The notes below the pieces were generated by a model. It was not told the origin of the DNA. It made no database searches and saw only the letters and a list, made by a program, of their open reading frames with translations. A stretch of DNA of 64,000 bases, from NCBI RefSeq assembly GCF_020745735.1, contig NC_083434.1, positions 40,669,966 through 40,733,965 of the forward strand, in the 5' to 3' direction. Shown here piece by piece: positions 1-11,480 of the stretch. Each line of letters starts with the position of its first letter. Position 1 is the first letter of the stretch. This stretch comes from Hemiscyllium ocellatum (lineage: Eukaryota). Both the position numbers and the translations under genes were made by a program.

Positions 1-67
1 ACTTGATTTGTAAGGAATCTTTTAATAGGAGTCGCAGGGTGTCAGTAGTCAGATATCAGTGCATTTA

Positions 68-455
68 TAAGAACAAAGATGTAGCCTATTTTAGCTTGTG
101 CCACCATCCAATATGATCATAACTGACTGTGGATTCAATTCCACTTTCCTGTCTGTCACCTATAACCCACAACTTACTTGTCCATTAAAAATCTGTGAAA
201 ATAAGTCTTCAATATAATCAATGATCCAGTGTACTGTGCTTTCCGAGGGAAGCTAATTTCTCTTAATGGGTCATTGCTTAGTGGAAAGAAATAAACTCTT
301 GTCTTAAAAGGGAGACCTCTTATTCTTCGTTTGTCCCTTAGTTTTAGTGTCTTCATGATATTTCCCCCATTTTCCCTCAGGATCATAAAAATATCACCTC
401 TCATTCTCCTGAATCCATTGTGTACATGCTCAACTTATTTAGCTTCTCCTCATAA
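68..455 (-). mobile_element. Degenerate CR1-type LINE 3' fragment
   Basis: Antisense LRGD...LR(I)RG.PFKT..R..FF remnant (ORF 174-404) and a shark CR1-type tail. Confidence 0.6.
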
Positions 456-616
456 ATCAGCCTAGCAATGAGTCAACTGAACCCTATCACAAGGAGCCCA
501 TGACCACTCTGCATTACGAGGGGCCAGTAGCTGAGAGCTCAGTGTTAGATCTAACAATGAAAAATTATAAATAATTGCTGCGCATGACTAATTAGGTTCA
601 CGATCAATGTCCTTAG

Positions 617-812
617 GTAACAGCAGCTTTGACGAGAAGAGCATCAGAATGGTGCGTGACAGACTGACCCACGTGAAAGAAAGGAAACAGCAAATGTGGA
701 ATCTGGACCTAAATGTGGCTCACATGTTCTGTCAGTGGCAGAGCTGTCTGTTAATGGGAATCTACCTAAATCAGCTTTTGTGCTTTCCCCTTCCTGTGCC
801 TGATATTACACG
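617..812 (+). CDS. ASTE1: ASTE1 (asteroid homolog 1) penultimate coding exon
   Basis: ccttag|GT acceptor and ACACG|gtaag donor. Encodes ...LDLNVAHMFCQWQSCLLMGIYLNQLLCFPLPVPDITR, matching the vertebrate ASTE1 motif AHxFCQWQSCLxMGxYLNQLL. Tail-to-tail with ATP2C1 as in other vertebrates. Confidence 0.92.
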
Positions 813-1589
813 GTAAGGAAATTTATACAAATCGATTACAGATAGCTGTGTGACTGAGGCTTATTGAATGCCAAGTTAATGTTATCATCTCAACCAAAGA
901 AATGGAAAATGCCTTGTTTGCTCTTGACTCCTTTACATTCCAGGAAATAGCAGTTTGGCTGGTGGATTTGTGATTGTAATTCATATTTAATATCCTGCAA
1001 ATACTATGAGATAATTCAGATCAATATGTTTGTAGCCTCAGTGTGAATTTGTCTAAAAGGTACAGTAATTGTTGTGCAGTCAGGTCTCTCCGAATAGCAT
1101 AATGCTCACCTTCAGTTGTTGCTTTGGCACCACATTTTACATTACGTTCAAATTATTCCAAACCTAATATTTTGCAATCATGGAAATAATTATTAGAAAG
1201 TAGGTTATTTTTATTCTGGATGTAATTGATTATAGATCTCTTTAGCTTTGCCTGCTCTGGTTAAAATTACAAAAACTATCCAACAACTTTAATACGATGA
1301 GTATCCATCAATAATCCAGACTAGGAAAATAGTTTGCACATAAAAAATCTAGGCAGAAAGATGATTGATGAAATGTAATACAAAGAAATGGCAGAAAGGA
1401 TGAAGTAGGGCATGGAGTGTAATTACGTGCCATGGACTGCAGCAGCTCACCACCATTTTTCCAAGGGCATTGACAGATGGGTACCAAATGTTGATCTGGT
1501 CAACGATGCCCACATCCAGTGCAAGAGAAAAATAGACCTATTTTTCACTTAGTGGTCTTTAGTAGTGAGGGTTTAATTTAGAAATAAGC

Positions 1590-2165
1590 TTATTGGATCC
1601 TTGATTTCTAATTAAACAGACAGTTAATGCTAGACTTGTACACAGTTTTGCTTGGCTTATCTTAGAAAAATGATCAAGGCTGTGGAGAGATTGCACAAGT
1701 GTTACTGTTTTGGGGGAGGAGTTTTATTTGACAGGATAGGCTAGAGAAGCTAATGCTGTTTCAAAGGAAAAGAGTAAGCAAAGATTTGATGGAAGTGTTC
1801 AAAGACAAAATGGAACAGAATGTTATCACTTGTCCAAGTCGTTCAATCAAAAGTGTAGTCATAAAGTTATCACCAAAAGTGGAGAGCCAGTGAGCATTTA
1901 GTTTCACCCAGAGATAAGACACGAGAGGTGAAATCAGAATTTGTAAAGTGGAGAATACTCCGAATTTAAATAGGTTTGGAAGTGTGGAACACTGTGCTGA
2001 AAGGATGTGATACTTAGTGAATTGGATTTCTGAAATTTGAGAAATTATTTTGCAAGATGTGGATCAATATCAGGTAACTGGAGTTAAGGTCCATCTTGGC
2101 TATGATCAATCAAAAGGTGAACAGGATTTAGGACTGAGTGGCCTGCTCCTCTTCCTCTGTATGAG
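1590..2165 (+). mobile_element. Highly degenerate CR1-type 3' fragment
   Basis: Residual similarity to the RT C-terminus and a tail ending ggactgagtggcctgctcct. Confidence 0.45.
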
Positions 2166-2419
2166 GCATGGGGCAAACAGTCAAATTCTACAGTGGGGCT
2201 GTGGGACAGTTAATATCTTTAAATATGCTGATTTCTAACTTGAGCAAACAGTTATTATTGAGCTTTTGTTAGTAAACAATAGTCTTTTTTTCTAAAGTAC
2301 ATTTCTGTACTTTTGTATACAGCAGGATTATACAAGTATTAAAGCAATTTGCTTGCATAAGTGAATAGCTCAGAGGTAGCATCCTATCCAGTCAAAAAGC
2401 TCCAGGTTATGTCCCGGAA

Positions 2420-2622
2420 ATTGGTAGGTAAAAAATAGATGGCACAGCTCGTTGTGCTCCAACACGATTGCTGAATTGGGGGTGCTGTTTCCAAAGTGAG
2501 AACTTTTAAAATGCGTTAGCTCTAATGCGATTATATCGCCAACACTAAGTGCTGTTTCTAAATAGAAACTTCCTGTAAGAGTTGCACAAGAACGCAACTA
2601 TCGTGTTATAGAAAACTTACTG
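2420..2622. mobile_element. Possible Tc1/mariner (Tigger-like) MITE remnant
   Basis: CpG-rich patch ending ...tcgtgttatagaaaacttactg resembles a Tigger-like TIR. The partner TIR was not found. Confidence 0.3.
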
Positions 2623-2959
2623 CCATGATCTCTTAAGGCTGACTGTTTGCAAGGATATTGTAAGAGGTGAGCAGAAATGAAATGAAAAGCTCAGCTGACC
2701 CAGAAGAGGGTCCAGAGAAAACAGAAGCCAGCAAAATCTTTCTTCCACTGTCTTCGTCTGCAGCAAATGGGCTGCCGATGCATAGTAGACAATATTTACA
2801 ATTGAATCCTACAGCCCAAATTATTGTCTAAGAGATGAAAACTGCCACAGATTGGTAATCTTTCTGGTTTGTAGTTTTAATAGAGTTTCACTTTAATGTA
2901 TTTCCAACCTTGCTTCTGATAAGTTTTGCATTTCGAGCAATACTACTAATCCTGGAATG

Positions 2960-4180
2960 AAACTAGGTGCCACTATTTTAAGGGGGTAAGGAAAAGCCAG
3001 GGAACTATAAACCAATGAGCCTGACATCAATGGTGGGCAAGTTGTTGGAGGGAATCCTGAGGGATAGGATGTACATGTATTTGGAAAGGCAAGGACTGAT
3101 TAAGGATAGCCAGCATGGCTTTGTGCATGGGAAATCATATCTCACAAACTTGATAGTCTTTTGAAGTTTTTACCAAGTGGTTTGAAGAAGGCAGAGTGGT
3201 GAACATGATCTATATGGACTAGTAACGTGTTCGACAAGGTTCCTCATGAGAAACTGGTTAGTAATGTTAGATTTCATGGAGTACAGGGAGAACTAGCTAT
3301 TTCAATACAGAACTGGCTTTAAGGTAGAAGTCAGAGGTGGTGATGGAGGGTTGCTTTTCAGACTGGAGGGCTGTGAGCAGTAGTATGCCACAAGGATTGG
3401 TGCTGGGTCCACTACTTTTCATTTTTTATAAATGATTTGGATGTGAACATAGGAAGTATAGTTAGGAAGTTTGCAGATGACACCAAACTTAGAGGTGTAG
3501 TGGACAGCAAAGAAAGTTACCTCAGTACAATGGGATCTTGATCAGATGAGCCAATGGGCTGAAGAGTGGCAGATGGAGTTTAATTGAGATAAATGTGAGA
3601 CGCTGCATTTTGGAAAAGCAAATCCGTAGGACTTAATGGTAAGTTCCTGGGAGTGTTGCTGAACGGAGACCTTGGAGTTCATAATTCCTTGAAAGTGGAG
3701 CCACAGGTAGATAGGATAGAATTAGAATTCCTATAGTGTGGAAACAGGCCCTTCGGCCAAACAAGTCCATGCCGACCCTCCGAAGAGTAACCCACATAGA
3801 CTAATGCATCTGGCCTACACGTGCATGAGCACTATGGGCAATTTAGCATGGCCAATTCACATAGCCTGCACATCTTTGGATTGGGGGAATTAACCCACGC
3901 AGGTATGGGGAGAATGTGCAAACTCCACACAGACAGTTGCCCGAGGCTGGAAATGAACCTGGGACCCTAGGGCTGTGAGGCACCAGTGCTAAGGAAGTGT
4001 AGGAGGCTAGTCCAACTTTAACATTGAAAAGCCACCTGGATGGGGATATGAATAGGGAATAGTTTAGAGGGAAATGGGCCAAGTGGTGACAAATGGGACT
4101 AGATTAAGTTAGGATATCTGGTCAGCATGGTCAAGTTGGACTGCATGATCTGTTTCGCACATCTCTGTAACTCTGACTCT
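2960..4180 (+). mobile_element. CR1 LINE RT/3' fragment interrupted by a SINE
   Basis: Decayed NYRPVSLTS, PQG, KFADD motifs. Tail ends ctctgactct. Same subfamily as 55055-58402. Confidence 0.85.
3720..3992 (-). mobile_element. HE1-like tRNA-derived V-SINE
   Basis: B-box-like ggttcatttcc, V-domain ctgtgtggagtttgcacattctcccc, CR1-type tail (gggcctgtttccacact). Confidence 0.85.
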
Positions 4181-4250
4181 TGTTCATTTCTGAATACCCA
4201 TTTAAGTATTCCCCCTCATATCATCTGTTCTTTCTTTTTATCCTGGAAAG

Positions 4251-4560
4251 CCTCTATCGTGGGACTTATGTGCATCGCTTATACCAAACACTCCAGTCAA
4301 TGGTTGCTGCAGAGGATCTGTTGAAAGGTTCTCTGATTGCAGGTGAGGTTTATCATGAGCTCCTGCACACCGTGATCACCACAGTACCAGCAGACTACTT
4401 CCAGAAGAAACACAAGTCTAAACACAAATCTCAAGCCAAACTTAAGGAAAAACAAACAACTAATTCTTCTGGATCATCAATAAATGAGAATAAGGAGAAA
4501 CAGGGTACCTGGCATGATGCAAATAACCGATTTGCAGCCTTGGCAACTGAGGAGTTTTGA
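4251..4560 (+). CDS. ASTE1: ASTE1 last coding exon (stop TGA 4558-4560)
   Basis: Pyrimidine tract then gaaag|C acceptor. Phase completes CG+C = Arg. Encodes LYRGTYVHRLYQ...basic tract...NNRFAALATEEF*, similar to the ASTE1 C-terminus (LYSGSLVHGL...NNRF). Confidence 0.88.
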
Positions 4561-5408
4561 TAAAATTAGTGTTATTTTGTACCATGAAAAGCTGTTGAAA
4601 TTTAATACTGAATGATCTACAATCCATTTTACAGCATTGCACAAGGGGTTCATGAGGGTGCATCACAACAGCCCATCTTGTTTTTAAACTTGCCCTTTAT
4701 GGAGAAAAGATTATCCAGTTACTATATAAAAAAATGAAAAGAAGGAATCCACGTGTAAATTAATTAACCACACTTTTATTCCTCAGGTTTGTAACTGAGA
4801 TGCTTCACTCTGGTGTTAAGTTCTAGGATTGCTGTTTAGAAAGTAACTCAACAAACATCTTAGTTGTAGGACAAATTAATCTCAACCAACATTACCTTCC
4901 ATACAGCATACACTATAAAACAAGTATTACCACTTCTGCTACGGTCACATGTCTTGTTTGGCTAGCCACCATAATATTTTTAAAATCTGTATGTTAACTA
5001 TGTTTTGTATATTTTGCTCTGCCTCCCACAGACTGAAATATCAATGTCAAATTTATCTCCCTCCTTTCACTGAGGGTAATAATTTCTTCCTTGACCAGGG
5101 TTAATATTTTCTTTTGCACATTAACCATATGTATTTAAATGTGAATCTCAGTATTTGGTCTATTTCTCAGTCACAATAGTTGAGTCTGGTCTGGTTTTCA
5201 CTTCTGACCTGAACACACAACCAGTGAGCATGAACTAAACTGGTTCATTTGAATTTTAGCTTTGCTGTCCATCGACAAAAGAAATAGACTCCAAATGTAA
5301 TCCTGTTATTGAATTTGTATCTAATGGAGTACAGACCAGGAGTTAAATCTAGCCGTGCTTAAATTAGCATCTGACTAGTTAAGTTTGCAAGTTGCAACGA
5401 GTTAAGAT

Positions 5409-5515
5409 GTGAAAGTGTTGCTGGAAAAGCGCAGCAGGTCGGGCAGCATCCAAGGAGCAGGAGAATCGACGTTTCAGGCATAAGCCCTTCTTCCAGAATC
5501 CCTAACCCTCCCTCC
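5409..5515 (-). mobile_element. Short PLE-derived insertion with degenerate hammerhead core
   Basis: Same family as 16519 and 46322. 15-bp TSD GCAAC(G/A)AGTTAAGAT at 5394-5408 and 5516-5530. The core reads TGGAAGA instead of CTGAAGA. Confidence 0.8.
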
Positions 5516-5893
5516 GCAACAAGTTAAGATCCCAACTTGACCGTTTTAGAGTTACAAAGGTCCTAATGGGGCTGAAAGTTGTTTAATCAGTGAATACCTA
5601 TCCTTCCACATTACATTGCTAGTTTCACATTTAACATAAAAGATACATTTTAGGAACTTTGTTGCTTCCAACCTAGCACATAAATTTCAATGTCCAATCT
5701 AAGTGAGATATGCATCATGCAGGAGTCACTGATTTATTGCTAATTTCAGGACTAGTGTCTATCCCAAAGTATATTTTATTCAGTGTTTTCAATTTATGAA
5801 TACTACATTTTACTGTACAGGCAGTAAAGTCTGTCAACTTTCATTCAGAATTGACAAAATGTTTGAAATTGTTATCGGATTCTCTGGAAATTG

Positions 5894-5899
5894 AATAAA
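5894..5899 (+). promoter_or_regulatory. Candidate ASTE1 polyadenylation signal AATAAA
   Basis: First canonical AATAAA I found downstream of the ASTE1 stop, with upstream TGTA and downstream T/G-rich sequence. Confidence 0.4.
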
Positions 5900-6029
5900 A
5901 TCTTGAGTCATGTTTTCCATGTGTGGAGACTCAACTTTGATCTGCTATGATAATTTTTTAAAAACTAAATTTTAGACTGTTTGAGAGATAAGTAAACCAA
6001 AAAAAACTAACTGAATAAGTTGATGTTTC

Positions 6030-6455
6030 ATCCATTTTGGTAGCTCACCATCTGCTCCAGCAGCGTGCATCATTTCTGGATTGAAAGTCATATGAAATGG
6101 CATTTACAGCCACAAATGTGGCAATCCGTTTTGTACTTGACTTGGTCTGAGTTGATGCACCTCGTCCAGTCAGGTCCCTTGCTTTGGTTTTTTTTGAGAA
6201 CATGTCCTAGATCACCTGGAGATGTTGCTTTTAGATAGCCTGATATTGTAAACATGGGTGACGATAGAAAGCTTACCATACAGCATGTCTTTGGAATGTA
6301 ACTATCAGCTATTCAGCTCAGCAAGCACAGGACTTGCTGCTTACTTGAGAATGAATGTGCTGGGGTTCGCTGTGTGATGGTGAACTCCCATATTCAGAAC
6401 ACAGCCCTACGCGATGATATTCATCTGAGCCAGAAGTCAATTGTCCAATTATTTT
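6030..6455 (-). mobile_element. Old RTE-clade LINE, 3' part
   Basis: IPKDMLYGKL and a C-terminal CxxCG.CH remnant. Continues on the other side of the CR1 at 9216-9445. Confidence 0.65.
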
Positions 6456-9215
6456 AGAACATAGAAGGATACAGCGCAGTACAGGCCCTTCGGCCCTCGA
6501 TGTTGCGCCGACCGAATCCTACCTAACCTATACTAGCCCAATAACTTCCAAATGCCTATCCAATGCCCGCTTAAATGACCATAAAGAAGGAGAGTTCACC
6601 ACTGATACGGGCAGGGCATTCCATGAACTCACAACCCGCTGTGTGAAGAATCTACCCCTAACATCTGTCCTATACCTACCACCCCTTAATTTAAAGCTAT
6701 GTCCCCTAGTAACACCTGACTCCATTAGCGGTAAGAGGTTCTTAGTATCTACCCTATCTAAACCCCTAATCATCTTATACACTTCTATCAGATCTCCCCT
6801 AAACCTTCTCTTCTCCAATGAGAACAGCCCCAAGTGCCTCAGCCTTTCCTCATAAGATTTTCCTACCATTCCAGGCAACATCCTGGTAAACCTCCTCTGC
6901 ACTCGTTCTAAAGCTTCCACATCCTTCCTATAGTATGGCGACCAAAACTGCACACAATACTCCAGATGAGGCCTCACCAGAGTCTTATACAACTGCAACA
7001 TGACCTCAGGACTCCGGAACTCAATACCTCTGCCAATAAAGCCCAGTACACCATATGCCTTCCTCACAGCACTATTTACCTGGGTGGCAACTTTCAGAGA
7101 TCTGTGTACATAGACACCAAGATCCCTCTGCTCATCCACACTACCAAGTAGCCTACCATTAGCCCAGTAATCCATCATCTTGTTATTCCTACCAAAGTGA
7201 ACGACTTCGCACTTAGCTACATTGAATTCCATTTGCCACATTTCCGCCCAGCTCTGCAACTTATCTATATCCCGCTGTAACCTACCACTTCCTTCCTCAC
7301 TATCCACAACTCCACCGACTTTTGTGTCATCCGCAAACTTGCTTACCCAGCTTTCAAGTCCTTCCTCTAGATCATTTATAAAGATAACAAAAAGCAATGG
7401 TCCCAAAACAGATCCTTGTGGTACACTGCTAGTAACTGCGCTCCAAGATGAACATAATCCATCAACTACTACCCTCTGTCTCCTTCCAGCCAGCCAATTC
7501 CTAATCCAAACCTCTAATGTATCCTCAATGCCATACCTCCGAAGTTTTAGCATTAGCCTACCATGGGGAACCTTATCGAACGCCTTACTAAAATCCATAT
7601 ACACATCTACTGCTTTACCCTCATCCACTTCCTTAGTCACCTTCTCAAAGAACTCAATAAGGTTTGTGAGGCACGACCTGCCCTTCACAAAACCATGCTG
7701 GCTATCCCTGATCACGTTATTCCTACCCAGATGTTCATAAATCTTATCCCTTACCATTCTCTCTAAGACTTTGCCCACCACTGAAGTCAGACTCACTGGC
7801 CTATAGTTACTAGGGCTATCCCTACTCCCTTTCTTGAACAATGGGACCACATTCGCTATCCTCCAGTCCTCTGGTACTATTCCCGTTGACAATGACGACA
7901 TAAAAATCCAGGCCAATGGCTCTGCTATCTCCTCCCTAGCTTCCCATAGGATCTGGGGTAAATGCCATCAGGCCCAGGAGACTTATCTATATTCATCCTT
8001 TCCAATATTCCCAAAACCTCTTCCCTGCATATTTCCAGGGCATCCATTCTAATTATTTGTGATTCCATATTCACATCAGCAACAGTGTCCTGTTCCTGAG
8101 TGAATACTGATGAAAAGTACTGATTTAATGTCTCTCCAATCTCCTCCGCCACCACACACAACTTCCCACTACTATCCTTGACTGGACCGATACCTACCCT
8201 AGTCATCCTTTTATTCTTGACATACCTATAGAAAGCCTTTGTGTTTTCCCTAATCCTACCAGCTAAAGACTTTTCATGTCCCCTTCTCGCTTCTCTTAGC
8301 TCCCTCTTTAGCTCCTTCCTGGCTACCTTATAACTCTCAATCGCCCCAACTGAACCTTCACGCCTCATCTTTACATATGCCGCCTTCTTCCCTTTCACAA
8401 GGGACTCCAATTCCTTACTAAACCACGGCTGCCTCACAAGGCCCTTTACACCATGCCTGACTGGTACATACCTATCGAGGACACGCAGTAGCTGCTCCTT
8501 GAACAATCCCCACATCTCATTAGTGTTCTTCTCTTGAAGCCTGTTTTTCCAATCCACACATCCTAAGTCATGCCTCACTGCATCATAATTTCCCTGCCCC
8601 CAGCTATAGCTCTTGCCCTGCGGCGCACGATTATCCGTCTCCATCACTAAAGTAAAAGTCACCGAGTTGTGGTCACTGTCCCCGAAGTGCTCACCTACCT
8701 CCAAGTCTAACACCTGGCCTGGTTCATTACCTAGAACCAAATCCAATATAGCCTCCCCTCTTGTTGGCCTGTCGACATATTGTGTCAGGAAACCCTCCTG
8801 CACACATTGTACAAACACCGACCCATCTAATGAACTCGAGCTATAGCTCTCCCAGTCAATATCTGGGAAGTTAAAGTCCCCCATAACAACCACCCTGCTA
8901 CCTTCACTCTTTTCCTGAATCATCCTCGCAATATTATCCTCTACTTCTCTAGGACTATTAGGAGGCCTGTAGAAAACACCTAACAGGGTGACCTCACCTT
9001 TCCTATTTCTAACCTCAGCCCAAACTACCTCAGATGGCAAGTCCTCTTCCATCGTCCATTCCACTGCTGTGATACTGTCTTTGACAAGTAATGCCACGCC
9101 TCCCCCTTTTTTACCCCCATGTCTGATCCTACTAAAACATTTGAACCCTGGAACGTGCAACAGCCATTCTTGTCCCTGTTCTACCCACGTCTCTGTAATG
9201 GCCACAACATCGAAG
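6456..9215 (-). mobile_element. Young CR1 LINE, ORF2 (APE + RT) almost intact, 5' truncated
   Basis: ORF 7925-9283 (ITETW, YRPP, MGDFN, SDHN) and ORF 6528-7916 (NYRPVSLTS, DFSKAFDKV, PQGSVLGP, KFADD). One frameshift at ~7953. Tail ends ttctatgttct. Confidence 0.97.
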
Positions 9216-9445
9216 TTTTCTCTAACATCAGTTTGCCAAACATCTTTCTGTAGAGGAGGTTGCTGAGAACACAAACTTTCCACACTTAGAGCTTTATATT
9301 TTTAGTTAGTTTGCAATTGGCCCAGAGTTAACTTTGACATGATACTTTGCAGCCTTAGCAATTCTAATGCTGATCTTGCCATCAGGGAACGGGTTACTGA
9401 AAATTGTTGACCCAGTATATGATGCTGTTAACAACCTTCAGTCTG
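9216..9445 (-). mobile_element. Old RTE-clade LINE, upstream part
   Basis: Decayed YLGSTI...RIAKAA...KL.V..VCVLS.LLY...W pattern of the RTE RT thumb. Confidence 0.65.
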
Positions 9446-9751
9446 GTTGTCATTGTAGATTAGAAGGTGGAATCTCTACATACCACACCAAGCTTTTGGA
9501 CTAGGTTCAAGTCACACATGTTCTAGAAATGCATCACGACATGTTTGGCCATGTTGATTTAAAAAATAACAAGTCTTTTAAATGTAATTCATGACCACTT
9601 CCATCTAGAAAGATAAGGATAGCAAATATATGGAAGCACCAACATCTGCAAGATATGACTTTTACTTCAAGAGGATTGGAATACATAAGTTGGTGCTGTG
9701 TTGTGTCTATCATGAATAATAATTCGAGACTTTGTTTGATATTCTTCCAGT

Positions 9752-10032
9752 TGATTAGATTACTTAGTATGGAAACAGGCCCTTTGGCCCAACAAGTCCA
9801 CACCAACCCACTGAAGCGCAACCCACCCATACCCCTGCATTTACCCCTTACCTAACACTAGGGGCAATTTAGCATGGCCGATTCACCTGACCCGCACATC
9901 TTTGGAGTGTGGGAGGAAACCCACGCAGACACGGGAAGAACATGCAAACCCCACACAGTCAGTCGCCTGAGTCGGGAATTGAACCCGGGTCTCAGGCGCT
10001 GTGAGGCAGCAGTGCTAACCACTGTGCTGCCC
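9752..10032 (-). mobile_element. HE1-like tRNA-derived V-SINE, near full length
   Basis: Head agtggttagcactgctgcctcacag, B-box GGTTCAATTCC, V-domain, CR1-like tail ending ctaatcta. Confidence 0.9.
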
Positions 10033-10205
10033 ACTTGAGTATTGTGGGACCCAGAGGTAGATGAGCAGTTCAAAGCTGGACCTGCACATCCTGCAGGTGG
10101 AGCTATTGGTTTCTGAAAAGATGAGTGGGATGCTTGGATTTTTGCATATTACCTGAATTAGTCAGAGATGCTGAAAAGTCTGTTAGGATGTTGCATTTCT
10201 GCATT

Positions 10206-10224
10206 GGGGGGGGGGGGGGGGGGG
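10206..10224 (+). repeat. G19 homopolymer
   Basis: Direct read. Confidence 0.9.
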
Positions 10225-11129
10225 AGTCTGAGGCATTTTCTCTGCCTTCCTGGTGACAGAGTGTGGTAATATAAAGCTCTGATCCATGCCTATTTGGAAT
10301 ACTGTGTTCAGTTCTGATCACAACACCTCGGTAAGGAAATAATAGGTTTGGTAGGGCTACACAGCCAAATTACCAGTGTGATGCTGGTGATGAAAGGTTA
10401 GAATGTAGACAGGCACAATAATTTAGATTAAGCTTTTAGTCCCTTGAGAATTGAAGATGTAAGGGTGACCTAAATGAAAAGTTTATGATTATTAAAGGTA
10501 GTGAAAAACTTTCTTCTGTGCAGTAACATCTGTAGATTTCTTCAGACATTCATTTGCAGGTAATTATGGGGATGTTTCATACAAGGTACTCTATGTCTAA
10601 ACAATTACAAAAATTGTCACCATTTGATATTTTTCCTAATTTTAAAGATGATTCTAATGACATTAAAGCTATAAAGTTGTGTATGTCCAACTTAATATTA
10701 TGGTTGTGGTAATTAAACACAATGCTGATTGAATACTGCATACACCCATATGCTCATTAATTAAACTCAACATGACATGCAACACTATCCATATCTAGAA
10801 GGGCAAGTGTCTAGATATGGATCTAGATGCTCAATGAAGATCACCATCTACAAGTTGTTCCCTGTTGTTACAATGGTGTGCAACGTAACTGATGTCACTG
10901 TTCCTTCACTGTCACAGGATCAAAATTCTGGCATATATTCCTGAGCAGCACCATGGATGCACTGACCATACCAAGAACCATAATGGCTCAAGGTGATGGA
11001 TTTCCACCACCTTCTCAAGATGCCAAAATCTCAAGAACAGATATATTAAAAAGCAAATGTAAAACACTTTTGCAATATTGTTTGCTTGTATTATTGCGAA
11101 GGAAATAATCATAAATTGATGCAGTTTAG

Positions 11130-11480
11130 TAACAAGCCAATCAGCCCATTGTGCCTATACTAGGTCTTAGACCAATCCATTTCATCCCACTGTTCCTGCG
11201 CTTCCTCTACAAAACTTTCCTCTTCAGCTATATACCCAATTGCTTTCTGAAAGTTTCTACCAAATCAGCTTTAAGCAGCCTTTCAGACTGTGTTCAAGAT
11301 AATAAACTCCTCCAGCAAATAATTCTTTTTCTCCTCTACACTGTCACTGTTTTCCCAATTATCTTAAATCTATTTCCTCTGGGAACCAACCTTCCTGCAA
11401 CTGGAAACATTTCTCCCTTATTTACTGTATCAAAACATTTTATTTCAAGACCTCCTTCATGTTCTCTGCTTCAATAACAA
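11130..11480 (-). mobile_element. Degenerate CR1-type 3' fragment
   Basis: Pyrimidine-rich antisense of the CR1 3' end (cagcccattgtgcc...cttaaatct...). Confidence 0.45.

Noticed and set aside
5499-5515. CCCTAACCCT telomere-like motif at the PLE insertion end
   Set aside because: Fewer than two hexamer units, so it cannot be told from chance filler despite the PLE-telomerase link.
7222-9266. Plus-strand ORFs of 77-172 aa
   Set aside because: Antisense shadows of the CR1 ORF2.
9960-10032. tRNA gene (also 27760-27830)
   Set aside because: The A/B boxes belong to SINE heads, followed by SINE body and tail. There is no complete cloverleaf.
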